A DNA stretch of 64,000 nt. Source: Candidatus Eiseniibacteriota bacterium (GTDB taxonomy: Bacteria; Eisenbacteria; RBG-16-71-46; JABDJR01). How positions within the stretch are numbered: the first letter of the stretch is position 1; every line of letters begins with the position of its first letter. The notes beneath the pieces are model-generated. The model worked only from the letters and a program-made list of their open reading frames with translations, searched no databases and was not told the DNA's origin. The stretch lies in contig CAWANH010000028.1 in the NCBI GenBank assembly GCA_963783375.1, positions 448,001 through 512,000 of the forward strand, written 5' to 3'. Positions 36,377 to 51,311 of the stretch are shown piece after piece. The position numbers were made by a program, and so were the translations under genes.

Positions 36377-36613
36377 CGGGTCCTCCGCGGGGTAGGCCGG
36401 TCAGAGGGGTTCTCGGACGGTGACAGAGGAATAGCATCGGACCCCGAGGGGGTCAACCAAAGATAGCGGGGGGGGTGCGGGGAGTGGAGCGGTGTGGTGC
36501 GGTGCGGAAACTGATTGTCCGGAACCGCGGGCCATCCGTCCCGGACACGAAAACGGCGCGCCGGGAGGTGAACCGGCACGCCGCGAAGGGGGGGCTTCCG
36601 CTCGCCTGGGAGA

Positions 36614-37018
36614 TCAGCTCGCCATCTTGGGCTGGTCGGACGTGTCCGCCTGCCCGAGCATGGCATTGATCCGATCGACGAGTTTCCGAGGACTGAAAGG
36701 CTTGGTGATGTAGTCGTCGGCCCCCACGTCGTATCCGGTCTGCATGTCCACGTTCCGTCCCTTGGCCGAAAGCAGGATGACCGGAATGTCTTTGGTGGCG
36801 GCGTCGGACTTCAAGGCCTTGCAGGTCTCGTATCCGTCCATCTTGGGCATCATGATGTCGAGGACAATGAGATCGGGTTTGGCCTCGTTGACCTTGCGAA
36901 GAGCCTCTTCGCCGTCCAAGGCCGTCACCACTTCATAGCCTTCCATGCCCAGACTGAAGTCCAGGATGTGGACGATGTAGATCTCATCATCGACGACGAG
37001 AATGCGTCCGCGGGACAT
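36614..37018 (-). CDS. Single-domain response regulator
   Basis: VVDDE, LDIMMPKMDG, LSA, YITKPF. Confidence 0.92.
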   Translation of the reverse strand: MSRGRILVVDDEIYIVHILDFSLGMEGYEVVTALDGEEALRKVNEAKPDLIVLDIMMPKMDGYETCKALKSDAATKDIPVILLSAKGRNVDMQTGYDVGADDYITKPFSPRKLVDRINAMLGQADTSDQPKMAS

Positions 37019-37158
37019 TGATCTTCACCTCCTCGGCGCCCGCATCGGGAGCCTCGGCAACGGCTCCCGCCCCCCTATCGGCCGGGCCCGGGTGGGTGAC
37101 GTGACCCTCCACGGGTAAGGCGCCGGCCCTTGGGTGCGACCAGGGGCTTCTTTCCAAG

Positions 37159-37185
37159 GTATCGGAGTCCATCGCCGCGACTTTA
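37159..37185 (-). promoter_or_regulatory. sigma28 (FliA/WhiG)-like promoter
   Basis: Minus strand TAAA-N15-TCCGATAC versus consensus TAAA-N15-GCCGATAA. Confidence 0.6.
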
Positions 37186-37334
37186 CGATTTTCCTGTAAC
37201 GCGGGATATCGCCCAAGAGGAGGCCGGTGGGGGCCCGGAGGCGCGCATGGGGGGCGGCGCCCCCCGGAGGGCATCAGGGGGATCCCGGAGGGTCGGGGGG
37301 GGGATCCGGCCGGTTCGCCCGGCCGTCGAACCGC

Positions 37335-38303
37335 TCAGCCGTCGGAGCCGGTGCGCAGGATCCCGCCCGACTGCCGCCGCTCCCGCACCACCACGCTCCC
37401 CGGCTGCTGCTTCCCGTGACGCTTCAGCTCGGCCACGATATCGTTGAGCATGGCAATGTGGTCGATGTGGTAGCGGTCGGATTCCACCAGGGCGATGGTG
37501 ACGCTCAGGAGCGGGAACCGCTCGATCTGGCTCTGCCGGTTCTCCACCTCGACGTAGCCCTGGTTCCGTTCGCGGGGCTGGTAGAGATCGAGGATGCCCT
37601 CGTCGAAATCGTTGACGATGCATCCGGCCACCGCCTCCGCTCGCGGAGGCGTGGTGATGACCACGAAATCGTCGCCTCCCACGTGCCCCACGAAGTCGTC
37701 GTCCTCCCCTTCCGTATCCACCGCATGAGCCAGGATCCGGGCCAGGAACCGGATCACGTCGTCCCCCGCCCGGTAGCTGTAGTAGTCGTTGTAGGTCTTG
37801 AAGTGGTCGAGATCCACGTACATGAACGCGAACACGCGCCCCTTCTCCAGGCGGGATTCCACCTCGGCTTCGATGGCGGGGTTACCGGGAAGCCCGGTCA
37901 GGGGATTGCTGTTTCGCTGGGCCCGCCCCCAACCGATCAGGTTCTTGACCCGGACCAGGAGTTCCTTGCGGTCGTAGGGTTTGGTCAGGTAGTCGTTGGC
38001 GCCCTCGTCCAGACCCATGATCTTCGATTCGCTGGTGGACTTGGCGGTGAGGAAGATGATCGGGAGATGCCGCACTCTCCGGTCGGCCCGGATGGCGCGG
38101 CAGACCGCGTTCCCGTCCATGTTCGGCATCATCATGTCGAGAAGCGCGAGGTCCGGCATTTCGGTCTCGAGGATCCGGAGGGCGGCGGCGCCTTCCTCGG
38201 CCTCGGTGACCTCGTAACCCGCGGCTTCGAGCTGAAGCCGGAGGATACGACGAATGCTCGGATCGTCCTCGACAACCAGAATATGGTCGGGCTTGTTGGT
38301 CAT
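37335..38303 (-). CDS. Response regulator with GGDEF domain (GGDDF variant)
   Basis: REC domain, then NPLTGLPG, DLDHFK.YND.Y....GD, GHVGGDDF. Confidence 0.9.
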   Translation of the reverse strand: MTNKPDHILVVEDDPSIRRILRLQLEAAGYEVTEAEEGAAALRILETEMPDLALLDMMMPNMDGNAVCRAIRADRRVRHLPIIFLTAKSTSESKIMGLDEGANDYLTKPYDRKELLVRVKNLIGWGRAQRNSNPLTGLPGNPAIEAEVESRLEKGRVFAFMYVDLDHFKTYNDYYSYRAGDDVIRFLARILAHAVDTEGEDDDFVGHVGGDDFVVITTPPRAEAVAGCIVNDFDEGILDLYQPRERNQGYVEVENRQSQIERFPLLSVTIALVESDRYHIDHIAMLNDIVAELKRHGKQQPGSVVVRERRQSGGILRTGSDG

Positions 38304-38423
38304 GTACGTTCCCGGCTCGGCATCGGGGTCCACCTTCGGCGCTCCGTACGGCCTTCGGATCACCCCTCGCACCCCCCCCGGATGCGGCTCCGCCCCGGTC
38401 GCGCCGGGACGGCCCTACGCCGT

Positions 38424-38450
38424 TTATCGGACCGTCGCACCCCGACTGTA
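38424..38450 (-). promoter_or_regulatory. sigma28-like promoter
   Basis: Minus strand TACA-N15-TCCGATAA. Confidence 0.55.
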
Positions 38451-38640
38451 GGGAAAAGCGGTTTCACTGAGCCCCTATGTGATTGCCGTTATGAGTCTTA
38501 GGGCCGAGATGCGTGCAGAATGCAACGTCGCGGCCGGGCCGGAAGGCCGGGAGGCTCCGGAAGTCCTTGCCCGTGCGGCTCATGAAGCCGAGGGGCGCCG
38601 GCGGGCACTCCCGGCCGGGGGCCGGCTGATACGTCGGCCT

Positions 38641-39687
<1,047 letters not shown>

Positions 39688-39981
39688 TGGTCGATTCTAT
39701 CAGCCCGGCGGCGCACCGGTCCCGGCCTCGGCGGTAGGCGGGTGGACCGGTCCCGGATGGGGGGGCGGCCGGTCGCGGGGAGCGACGCCTCCCGGGGCCT
39801 CCCCTTGCCGTTATCCGGCGTCTCGGTTAAGGTAGGGTCCCGGCGCGAAATCGCCGGAATCGGCCAGAGCGGTAGTCGGTGGGCGGGTCCGGATTCGGGT
39901 CCGCCTTTGCGCGCGCTGCTTGATGGCGCTTCACCGGGCCATGAATATTCGGCGCGCGCCGTCCGAAAGCGAAGGGATGCC

Positions 39982-40626
39982 ATGCACGATACGGTGGTCA
40001 GGACACGGAAGCTCGTTCTCCAGGAGGAGCCCCACGAGGACTTCGCCGAAACCTTCTCCCAACGCCTCCAGGAGACGGGGCTGAGTCGCGCCCTGACCGA
40101 GCCGCTCGCCGCCCACCTGGCCCAGCTCTACCAGGAGGCGTTCCGCTGGTTGCGCGTCTCGTTCCAGCTCGAGGCCCTCCCCGCCGATTCGGACCCGGAA
40201 TCGATCTTCGCCGAGCTTCACTTCTCCTCCCGCCAGATCCGGGTGGCCCTGGACAACGCGATCCCCTTCCTGGAGCGGGCCGAGGACAACCTGAGCGAGA
40301 TCGATGAGATCACCCACCGCGAGAGCGCCTACGAGCGCGACGTGGCGCCCTTCTCCCGCCTCGAGAGCACCCAGGCGCTCCGGGATTACCTGGGCGCCCG
40401 GCCGGAATTCTCGGTGGAGCTGACCGGGGAAGGGGCCCAGGTCCAGGGCGATCTCATGAAGATCCTCTTCATGGAGTCCCGCATCCGCGAGGGGATCTCG
40501 AAGCCGGGCGACCTCTACGCGCTGGTGGCCGAGCTGGTCCTGGACGGCCGCCGGCACCTCATCCCCGCTCTCTCCGACGGGGCGGACTTCCTGCAGGCGC
40601 TGGGGAAGGCGGGTCGAAGGGGCTAG
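39982..40626 (+). CDS. Hypothetical helical protein
   Basis: GC3-rich codon pattern and RBS-like AAGGGA; no recognisable motif. Confidence 0.7.
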   Translation: MHDTVVRTRKLVLQEEPHEDFAETFSQRLQETGLSRALTEPLAAHLAQLYQEAFRWLRVSFQLEALPADSDPESIFAELHFSSRQIRVALDNAIPFLERAEDNLSEIDEITHRESAYERDVAPFSRLESTQALRDYLGARPEFSVELTGEGAQVQGDLMKILFMESRIREGISKPGDLYALVAELVLDGRRHLIPALSDGADFLQALGKAGRRG

Positions 40627-40664
40627 GAAGGGGGCCCTGGTTTCCGGGCCCCGGTGCGCGCCCT

Positions 40665-40925
40665 TCAGGAGACATCGTCGCTCCGGCCCAGGCGATCGAG
40701 GATCCTGCGAACCCGCTCCCCGTCGTACGCCCGCTCGTTCCGAAGCACCGCCCACACCTCCCGGCTCAGGGCGAACCCGATGGTGTGAAGGGCGATAGCG
40801 CGGCTCTGCCCCCCGGCCTGCAGACGTTCCAGCGCTTGGCGTGTCTCGGGGGGATCGTTCTCCTCGATCTGCTTCTCCACCACCTGGAGCACCGCGCTTC
40901 GGATGAGGTCTCCCCGGTGTTCCAT
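40665..40925 (-). CDS. Small hypothetical protein
   Basis: VVEKQIEENDPPETRQALERL...G.S motif, helical. Confidence 0.7.
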   Translation of the reverse strand: MEHRGDLIRSAVLQVVEKQIEENDPPETRQALERLQAGGQSRAIALHTIGFALSREVWAVLRNERAYDGERVRRILDRLGRSDDVS

Positions 40926-41238
40926 GCGGTCGCCACGATCCGGTCCGGTCATGGGTTCAGCATATCGGAGGCGGACCCGTCCGGGTACCGGGATCGGGGC
41001 GCGGGGCGGGCCGGGCCCGCCGGGACTCGGGAGGAGACGGGCCGGGTATCCCCATAAAACGATGCGCCCCCCGCTTGAAAGCGACTACAATCTTCCCGGG
41101 AAGACGTGAAGCCCTGCCGGAGGGAGGCCTCCCCGGGCCGGGTATCGCCGTTGGCGCTCGAGGATGGACGCCTCGACCGGGAGGCGGCTCACGACTCGAA
41201 TCCGACCCGGGAAACAGGGCAAGGGAGTGGTGAAGGCG

Positions 41239-42237
41239 ATGAAGCGGTTGAATCACAAGAATTATATTGTTCTGGGCCTGGCCGCGTTGATCGTGGTCTT
41301 CGCCGGTTGTCCCGCCCCCAACTCCCTCAAACCGGGCACCCCGGTAGAGACCGAGGGACCGTGCGGAGCGGGGTTGGACATCTTCCTGCCGCTGGCCAAT
41401 GGGCTGACCCAGGTGGGCACCGACACCACCCTCGACATCGCCACCTGGAACCTGGAGTTCTTTCCGCTGGATCTCCCCGGCGACTACGACTGCCCCCACC
41501 CCGTCGATGCCACCCGGGAGCAGCAGGCCGCCGACATCGTCAACCTCCTGGGGTTGGACGTGATCGCGGTGGAGGAGATCTCCGATCCCACCGGCTTCGA
41601 CCAGTTCCTGGCCCTCTGCCCCAACTACGATGGAATGCTGTCCCCCGAGCGCCGCGGGTGCAACTACCAGAGGCCGGGGATCATCTATCGGAAGGACCAG
41701 GTGACGATCCACTCGACCCGGTTGCTCTTCACCGACGACGGCTACGCGTTTCCGAGGTCGGCGTTCGAGGCGGACATGACGATCGCTTCCAACGGGCGTT
41801 CCTACGACCTGCACCTGATCGTCGTCCACCTGAAGGCTTCGACGGATGCGGAATCGCGGGACCGCCGGCGGTCGGCCACCACCCAGCTCAAGGCCTACCT
41901 CGACCAGCAGACCGCCCAGGACTCCACCGCCAACTACATGATCGCCGGGGACTGGAACGACGCCCTGGAGGATCCCCTGGGTACGAACTCGTTCCCCAGC
42001 TTCCTCAACGATCCGGGGGACTACGAGTTCCTGGATATGGTGATGGCCGGGCGGAGCGAGTTCGCCTCCATCGCCTACTCGGGTTCCCTGATCGACCATC
42101 TCCTGGTCAACCGCGCGGCCTGCCCCGATTTCGCGAACGGACGCGTGACCACCCTCGCCCTCGACCTCCTGGTCGACAACTATCGGAACATCTCGGATCA
42201 CCGCCCGGTGATGGTGCAGGCGCCGATCTTCAAGTAG
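41239..42237 (+). CDS. Endonuclease/exonuclease/phosphatase family lipoprotein
   Basis: Lipobox FAGC, ATWNLE, AVEEI, VHLKA, GDWND, IDH, SDHRPV. Confidence 0.9.
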   Translation: MKRLNHKNYIVLGLAALIVVFAGCPAPNSLKPGTPVETEGPCGAGLDIFLPLANGLTQVGTDTTLDIATWNLEFFPLDLPGDYDCPHPVDATREQQAADIVNLLGLDVIAVEEISDPTGFDQFLALCPNYDGMLSPERRGCNYQRPGIIYRKDQVTIHSTRLLFTDDGYAFPRSAFEADMTIASNGRSYDLHLIVVHLKASTDAESRDRRRSATTQLKAYLDQQTAQDSTANYMIAGDWNDALEDPLGTNSFPSFLNDPGDYEFLDMVMAGRSEFASIAYSGSLIDHLLVNRAACPDFANGRVTTLALDLLVDNYRNISDHRPVMVQAPIFK

Positions 42238-42295
42238 GCGGGGGGGGACGCGGCGGCCGTTCTTGCGCCGTCGCGGAAACGCGGGGAACCGGACC

Positions 42296-42715
42296 CTATC
42301 CCCGCATCGCCTCCCGGGCGATCTTCATGCGGTTCATCGCGCGCTTCAGCGCCATCTCGGCCCGGGCGGTGTCCACGTCGGTGGATCGCGCCGCCAGGCG
42401 CTCGCGGGCCCGCCGCGCCGCCTGCTCCGCGCGGGAGAGGTCGATGTCGGCGCCCAGCTCCAGGGCCTCGGCCAGGAAGGTGGCCACGTTGTGGTTCACC
42501 TCGAGGAACCCGCCCGAAACCGCGTACACGGTCTCGACCCCGTTCAGGTCCTTCACGGTGAACTTCCCCGGCATGAGCTGGGTCACCAGCGGCGCGTGAT
42601 CGCGCAGGACCCCGAGGTAGCCCTCGGTTCCGGGGGCGATGATGGAGAGGACCGGCTCGTCGAGAACCGCCTTCTCCTGGGTCAGCACCGTGAGCCGGTA
42701 TCCCTTGTCGGCCAT
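42296..42715 (-). CDS. atpC: ATP synthase epsilon
   Basis: PG.EG.LGVL..HAP, VSGGF.EV, operon position. Confidence 0.95.
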   Translation of the reverse strand: MADKGYRLTVLTQEKAVLDEPVLSIIAPGTEGYLGVLRDHAPLVTQLMPGKFTVKDLNGVETVYAVSGGFLEVNHNVATFLAEALELGADIDLSRAEQAARRARERLAARSTDVDTARAEMALKRAMNRMKIAREAMRG

Positions 42716-42721
42716 GACGGT

Positions 42722-45122
<2,401 letters not shown>

Positions 45123-45130
45123 GTTCTCGC

Positions 45131-46660
<1,530 letters not shown>

Positions 46661-46702
46661 CGTGACTCCTCGAACCGGCGGCGTCCGCCGGATCCGTCCT
46701 GT

Positions 46703-47252
46703 CTAGCTCACCTCGGCTTGGAGCAGGTTTTCGGCCATTTGCTTGAGCCCCCGGCGGAGGCTCCGGTCGATGATCTTGGGTCCCAGGAACACGATCACCC
46801 CGCCGAGGATCGTGGGATCCACGCGCTTCTCCAGGATCACGTCCTTCCTGGTGATCCGGTCCAGCTCACGCTTCAGGCGGGCCTCCTGGTCCGCGCTCAA
46901 GGGCGTCGCGGTGATGACCGGGGCGCGGAGGAGTCCCTGGTGCTCCTCGATCAGGAGCTGGAACTGCGCGGCTGATCTCGGAAAGCAGGCCGATCCGCTT
47001 CTTGTCCACCAGGAGCCGCAGGAAGTTCACCACCATCTCGTCCAGGCGCGGGCCGAACACGGTGAGGATGAACTCCGTCTTGCGCTCGGTCAGCACCTCG
47101 GGGGAGGTCAGGAAGTTGAGGAACGAGGGCTCCTCCTCCTCCAGGTGCCGGATCGAGGCCACCCCCGCGGCGATCTTCTGGGTCCGCCCCGCCTCGATGG
47201 AGGCGTCGAAGAGCGCCTTGGCGTACTTGTGGGCGACGCTGGTGGTCCGCAT
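46703..47252 (-). CDS. atpH: ATP synthase delta with an apparent 1-bp insertion near 46973
   Basis: VAHKYAKAL...NFLRLLVDKKR and ...VDPTILGG...IDRS lie in different frames. Removing one base gives 549 nt. Confidence 0.9.
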
Positions 47253-47255
47253 GGG

Positions 47256-47759
47256 TTAGGCGGTCTCCTCCTGCTTCTCCTGGAGTTCGGTCAGGAACTT
47301 GTCCACGAGCTTCCGGTGCTCCTGGTCGTCCATCCGCTCCTGGAGCAGGCGCTCGGCCGCCCCCAGGGCCAGGGTCACCATCTCCTCGCGGAGCCGGGCC
47401 CGGGCCTTCTTGTACTCGAGTTCCAGATCGGCCTTGGCCTTCTCGGTGATCCGGTGAGCATCGTCGTGGGCCTTGGCCCGGATCTCGTCGGCCACCTTCT
47501 GGCCTTCCTTCACCGCGTCCTGGATCCGTCGCCGGGACTGGGACTCGATGGTCTTGAGCTGCTCCTCGTACTCCGCCTTCAGGCGCCCGGCCTCTTCGCG
47601 CATCCGGGCGGCCGAGGCCACCTCGCCGGCGATGCGGGCGCGCCGCTCCTCGAGGAGGCCCAGCACGGGCTTCCACGCGTAGCGCTTCAGCACCCAGAGC
47701 ACGATCATGAACCCGACGATCTGGGTCAGGAGTACGGGGATGTCAACCAGGTTCGCCAT
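47256..47759 (-). CDS. atpF: ATP synthase Fo subunit b
   Basis: N-terminal TM, AWKP....LEER, coiled coil. Confidence 0.95.
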   Translation of the reverse strand: MANLVDIPVLLTQIVGFMIVLWVLKRYAWKPVLGLLEERRARIAGEVASAARMREEAGRLKAEYEEQLKTIESQSRRRIQDAVKEGQKVADEIRAKAHDDAHRITEKAKADLELEYKKARARLREEMVTLALGAAERLLQERMDDQEHRKLVDKFLTELQEKQEETA

Positions 47760-47837
47760 CTTGGGACCTCGGGCGGCCGGCCGGAGCCGGCGCGGTTCGA
47801 GATGCCCCGCAGCCCGCGAGGGGCCGGCGGAGCAGTC

Positions 47838-48059
47838 CTACATCTTGCCGCCGAACGCGAACAGCGAAACCAGGGCGTAGATCGTCAGGGCCTCGATGAA
47901 CGCGGCGCCGATGATCATGGCGGTCTGGATCTTCACGATGGCCTCGGGCTGGCGGCCCATGGCTTCCATGGCTCCGCCAACCGCGTGACCCAGGCCGATT
48001 CCCGAGCCCAGGGCCGCGATGCCGAGGGCCAGCGGCAGGGAGAGTGCGAGCAGATTCAT
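47838..48059 (-). CDS. atpE: ATP synthase Fo subunit c
   Basis: GxGxG, RQPE loop, FIEAL carboxylate. Confidence 0.97.
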   Translation of the reverse strand: MNLLALSLPLALGIAALGSGIGLGHAVGGAMEAMGRQPEAIVKIQTAMIIGAAFIEALTIYALVSLFAFGGKM

Positions 48060-48093
48060 CGTTTTCTACCTCCGGTTTGAGTTCACGGTCGTC

Positions 48094-49248
48094 CTAGTGA
48101 CCACCGACTTGGTGTTTCATCTCGCCCGGATGCTCTCCTTCCTCGTGCTCCTCGTGAGGAAGAACCAGGGCGAAGTAGATCGTGGCGAGCAGGAAGAACA
48201 CCAGCGCCTGCACCAGGGTGGTGATGAGCGCCAGGAAGATGAAGGGAACGTGGAACGGGATCCCCACCGGGACGTGGAGCCCGGCCATGACGCTGATCCC
48301 GAGGCCGATGAACACCGCGAGCAGGGTCTCCTCGCCCATCATGTTCCCGAAGAGCCGGAGCGACAGGCTGACCGGCTTGGCCAGCTCGCCCACCACGTGA
48401 AGGGGGAGCATGAGGGGAGAGAGCGCCCACCCGATGGCGTCCTTGGGGTCGCCGGCCAAGTGCTTGAGATACCCGGTGATGCCGTTCATCTGGAGCCCCA
48501 CCCACTGGACGTACAGGAACACGCAGATGGCCATGGCCAGCGTGGTGTCCAGAACCGAGGTGGGGGTGAACATCAGGGGGATGAGCCCGAAGATGTTCTG
48601 GAAGTAGATGTAGAGGAAGAGCGTCCCCAGGAAGGGGATGAAGCGCCGGCCCTCGGGCCCCAGGATCCCGGCCACGAAGTTGTCCAGGCCCTCCAGACCC
48701 ATCTCGACCAGGTTCTGGAGCGGTCCGGGGATCATCTCCATCCGGCGGGCGCCGGCGATGCAGATCGTGCAGAGGATGATGATGACGAACAAGCTATAGA
48801 TGGCGGGGAGAAAGCGCATGAGGACGCGAGCCACCGGGTTCTTGGCCGCGTGCCAGTCGTGGACCTGATGGCCCTCGAAGGCCGCGGCCACGATCCCCAC
48901 CAGGGTCGGGGGATGGATCGTGCCCTCCTCCGCCTCCTCGGCTTCCTCGCCCGCGGTTCCATGCGCCCCGGGCTCCTCGACCCCCTCCGACCCCAGCACC
49001 TCCCCCTCGGTGAGGGGCCGGTCGCCGTGCGGCTCCGCAACCGCGCCCGGCTCGGTCTGGGTGGCGTGGGCGTCCGGGTTCGCGGAGCCCGGCTCGTCGT
49101 GCTGAGCCAGGAGCGGCGCGCCGAACATGAGCCCGATCCCCAACACCAGGGCGGTGACCAGGAACGCGGGGCGCGCGGCGATCCGGCGCCAGCGCTCGCC
49201 GAGCCCGGGCTTGGTGATGTTGTTTCGTTGCGTTTGCATGGACATCAT
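48094..49248 (-). CDS. atpB: ATP synthase Fo subunit a with long N-terminal extension
   Basis: PGPLQN..E, SLSLRLFGN, QALVF..L. Start may be 49239. Confidence 0.93.
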   Translation of the reverse strand: MMSMQTQRNNITKPGLGERWRRIAARPAFLVTALVLGIGLMFGAPLLAQHDEPGSANPDAHATQTEPGAVAEPHGDRPLTEGEVLGSEGVEEPGAHGTAGEEAEEAEEGTIHPPTLVGIVAAAFEGHQVHDWHAAKNPVARVLMRFLPAIYSLFVIIILCTICIAGARRMEMIPGPLQNLVEMGLEGLDNFVAGILGPEGRRFIPFLGTLFLYIYFQNIFGLIPLMFTPTSVLDTTLAMAICVFLYVQWVGLQMNGITGYLKHLAGDPKDAIGWALSPLMLPLHVVGELAKPVSLSLRLFGNMMGEETLLAVFIGLGISVMAGLHVPVGIPFHVPFIFLALITTLVQALVFFLLATIYFALVLPHEEHEEGEHPGEMKHQVGGH

Positions 49249-49333
49249 CTTCTCGCCGCGACGAGGTTGGGATTCCCACCGGAGGGAACCGCGGACCGGG
49301 TCGGGATCGGAATCCGAACCGGCTGGATTTGCG

Positions 49334-49732
49334 TTACGGGGCGGTTCGGGGTTTCCCCCACCAGAGCCCTCCGAGGGCCCGCAGCAACACCACGAAGAGA
49401 GGCCAGCTGAACCCGGCCAGGAACGCCGGAAGCGGAAACCACCTCTTCCACAAGAGCAACAGGGCGAGGCCGTAGAGCCCCACCAGCTTCAGGAACACCA
49501 GCGCCGCCAGAGCCGTCTTGTTCCGCGAACCCTGACCGGTCAGGATCCGGAGAATCATCGCAAGAACCGTGAAGTCCGCCAGCCCCCAGAGGAGCGAGGC
49601 GGCGAATCCGCTCCCGGCTGCCCAGCCCCAATGCCACGCCACTCCCAGCCCCACAAGGACCCCGGTCACCAGGGCCGCCAGGGCGGATCGACGCAGGAAG
49701 TCGGGGCCGCTTGTGCTTTCTTTCACAAACAC
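49334..49732 (-). CDS. atpI: AtpI-like membrane protein
   Basis: Four hydrophobic segments; position upstream of atpB. Confidence 0.7.
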   Translation of the reverse strand: MFVKESTSGPDFLRRSALAALVTGVLVGLGVAWHWGWAAGSGFAASLLWGLADFTVLAMILRILTGQGSRNKTALAALVFLKLVGLYGLALLLLWKRWFPLPAFLAGFSWPLFVVLLRALGGLWWGKPRTAP

Positions 49733-49763
49733 CCTGAAAAAAACGGGTCGGCCTTTCTAAGTC

Positions 49764-49991
49764 CTAATCCCGATTCGCCTTACGGAGAATCAGGATCGTT
49801 TCACGGATCCCGGCGATCAGACCGACCGCCAAGAGGATCATCATGAACCAGGGATCTGTGCCGAATCGCCGGTCGATCCAGTGGCCCAGAAAGTAGCCGA
49901 CCAGAGGGGCCGCAGCCAGGATCATCGGTATGGTGGTCAACAATCCTATCTGACGGGCCTGTTTGTATTTATCTGACGAACTGCCGGTCAT
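49764..49991 (-). CDS. atpZ: AtpZ/AtpI family protein
   Basis: G.FLG.WID.RFGT.PW motif; first gene of the atp operon. Confidence 0.85.
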   Translation of the reverse strand: MTGSSSDKYKQARQIGLLTTIPMILAAAPLVGYFLGHWIDRRFGTDPWFMMILLAVGLIAGIRETILILRKANRD

Positions 49992-50054
49992 CGGCACGTT
50001 CCTGTCTGGGGACTCAAAGGAGACACAAAGGCCCCCTTTTTCGCCGAGACGCGG

Positions 50055-50083
50055 AGCCTACCCGAGCCCCTGGGTCGAGTCAA
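50055..50083 (-). promoter_or_regulatory. sigma70 promoter of the atp operon
   Basis: Minus strand TTGACT-17 nt-TAGGCT. Confidence 0.65.
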
Positions 50084-50209
50084 GCGGTTTCCCAGCCGCG
50101 CGGTTCCGGGTATCGTTGGCCGATCGAGGACCGGCGAAACGCGGCTCCACGAGCCGGGTTCACGGTACCGGGTTCCATCCACGACGGCAGCAATTGAGGG
50201 GGTTACGCC

Positions 50210-51139
50210 GTGATCCGAGCGATTCGATTCCGAGACGGGCTGGCCGCCGCGCTGACGAGCGCGTTCCTCTGGGGGGGGCTCGCCGGCCCCGCCCGAGCGC
50301 AGGACACCGGGGAAAAGCCCGAGGTCGAGCTGGGCTGGTCCCAGTCGCTGGTGGGGGGGCTCTCCTTCACCCAGACCGAGTTCGAGAACTACGCCGAGGG
50401 CGGGGAGAGCTCGCTCACCTGGACCTCCCTCCTGACCTACAAGGCCGACGAGATCCGCGAGCGGCGCGAATGGAAGACCGAGGCCGAGGCCCAGTTCGGG
50501 CAGACCCGCCTGGGGAGCGGCGACCTCCGGAAGGCGGTGGACAGGATCAAGGCATCCTCGGTGAACACCTGGAAGCTGGGGGAGGTGGTGGATCCCTATG
50601 TCTCCGCCGACGCCCAGACCCAGTTCGCCCCGGGCTACGTGTATTCCGACAATGCCCCGCGGGTGCAGGTGAGCAAGTTCGCGAACCCTCTCTACGTGAA
50701 CGAGGCGGCGGGCGTGTCCCGCACCCTCGAGGAGGGGTTCGTCACGCGGCTGGGGGTGGCGGTCCACGAGGCCTTCGTCACCGATGCCGCCTTCGCGGCG
50801 ATCCACGACGACGCCGCGGGGGTGGACCTCCGCTACACCGACGATCCGGCCACCTCCAAGCTGGAGAAGTCCCGGGTGGACACCGGGCTGGAGTCGGTGA
50901 CCGAGTACGAGCGGGCCTTCAACGAGAAGACGCTCAACCTGAAATCCAAGCTCCGCCTTTTCTCCCGGTTCGACGATCTCTCGACGGTGGACGTCCTCTG
51001 GAACACCAAGGTCACCGCCAACCTCATCTCCTTCGTGAACGTGATCCTCGAGACCGAGGTCATCTACGACGCGGATATCTCCACGAAGACGCAGTTCAAG
51101 GAAGTGCTCTCCCTCGGGATGACCCACAGCTTCTTCTAG
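50210..51139 (+). CDS. Outer-membrane beta-barrel (DUF3078-like)
   Basis: Signal peptide, Q..F.N.A.GG..S, RKAVD, TQFAPGY, QFKEVLSLG, terminal Phe. Confidence 0.75.
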   Translation: MIRAIRFRDGLAAALTSAFLWGGLAGPARAQDTGEKPEVELGWSQSLVGGLSFTQTEFENYAEGGESSLTWTSLLTYKADEIRERREWKTEAEAQFGQTRLGSGDLRKAVDRIKASSVNTWKLGEVVDPYVSADAQTQFAPGYVYSDNAPRVQVSKFANPLYVNEAAGVSRTLEEGFVTRLGVAVHEAFVTDAAFAAIHDDAAGVDLRYTDDPATSKLEKSRVDTGLESVTEYERAFNEKTLNLKSKLRLFSRFDDLSTVDVLWNTKVTANLISFVNVILETEVIYDADISTKTQFKEVLSLGMTHSFF

Positions 51140-51236
51140 CATCCGGCCCGTCGGCGCGGCCAAGGGGGCGGCGTGCCCTCGGCCGCGCCGCCCCACCCCC
51201 ATCAAAATGCCAAATCGATAGAACATGCGTGCTTCG

Positions 51237-51264
51237 TAAAACAGGTACGCCGATACTTGTTTTA
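51237..51264. promoter_or_regulatory. Probable Rrf2 operator
   Basis: TAAAACAGGTA-N6-TACTTGTTTTA (11-bp IR, one mismatch) about 50 bp upstream of the rrf2 gene. Confidence 0.7.
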
Positions 51265-51311
51265 TCGATGACGACGTCCGGCGGCAGATCCAGGGCAGGG
51301 AGGATGACGAC

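Noticed and set aside
46960-46980. Programmed frameshift or true pseudogene in atpH
   Set aside because: No slippery sequence, and the rest of the operon is intact. A sequencing insertion is more parsimonious.
47838-48059. Na+-translocating ATP synthase
   Set aside because: Subunit c has E-A rather than E-S/T and lacks the helix-1 Gln, consistent with H+ coupling.
50210-51139. Beta-barrel as the porin of a porin-cytochrome conduit
   Set aside because: It is small, DUF3078-like, and separated from the cytochrome operon by a gap with its own operator.
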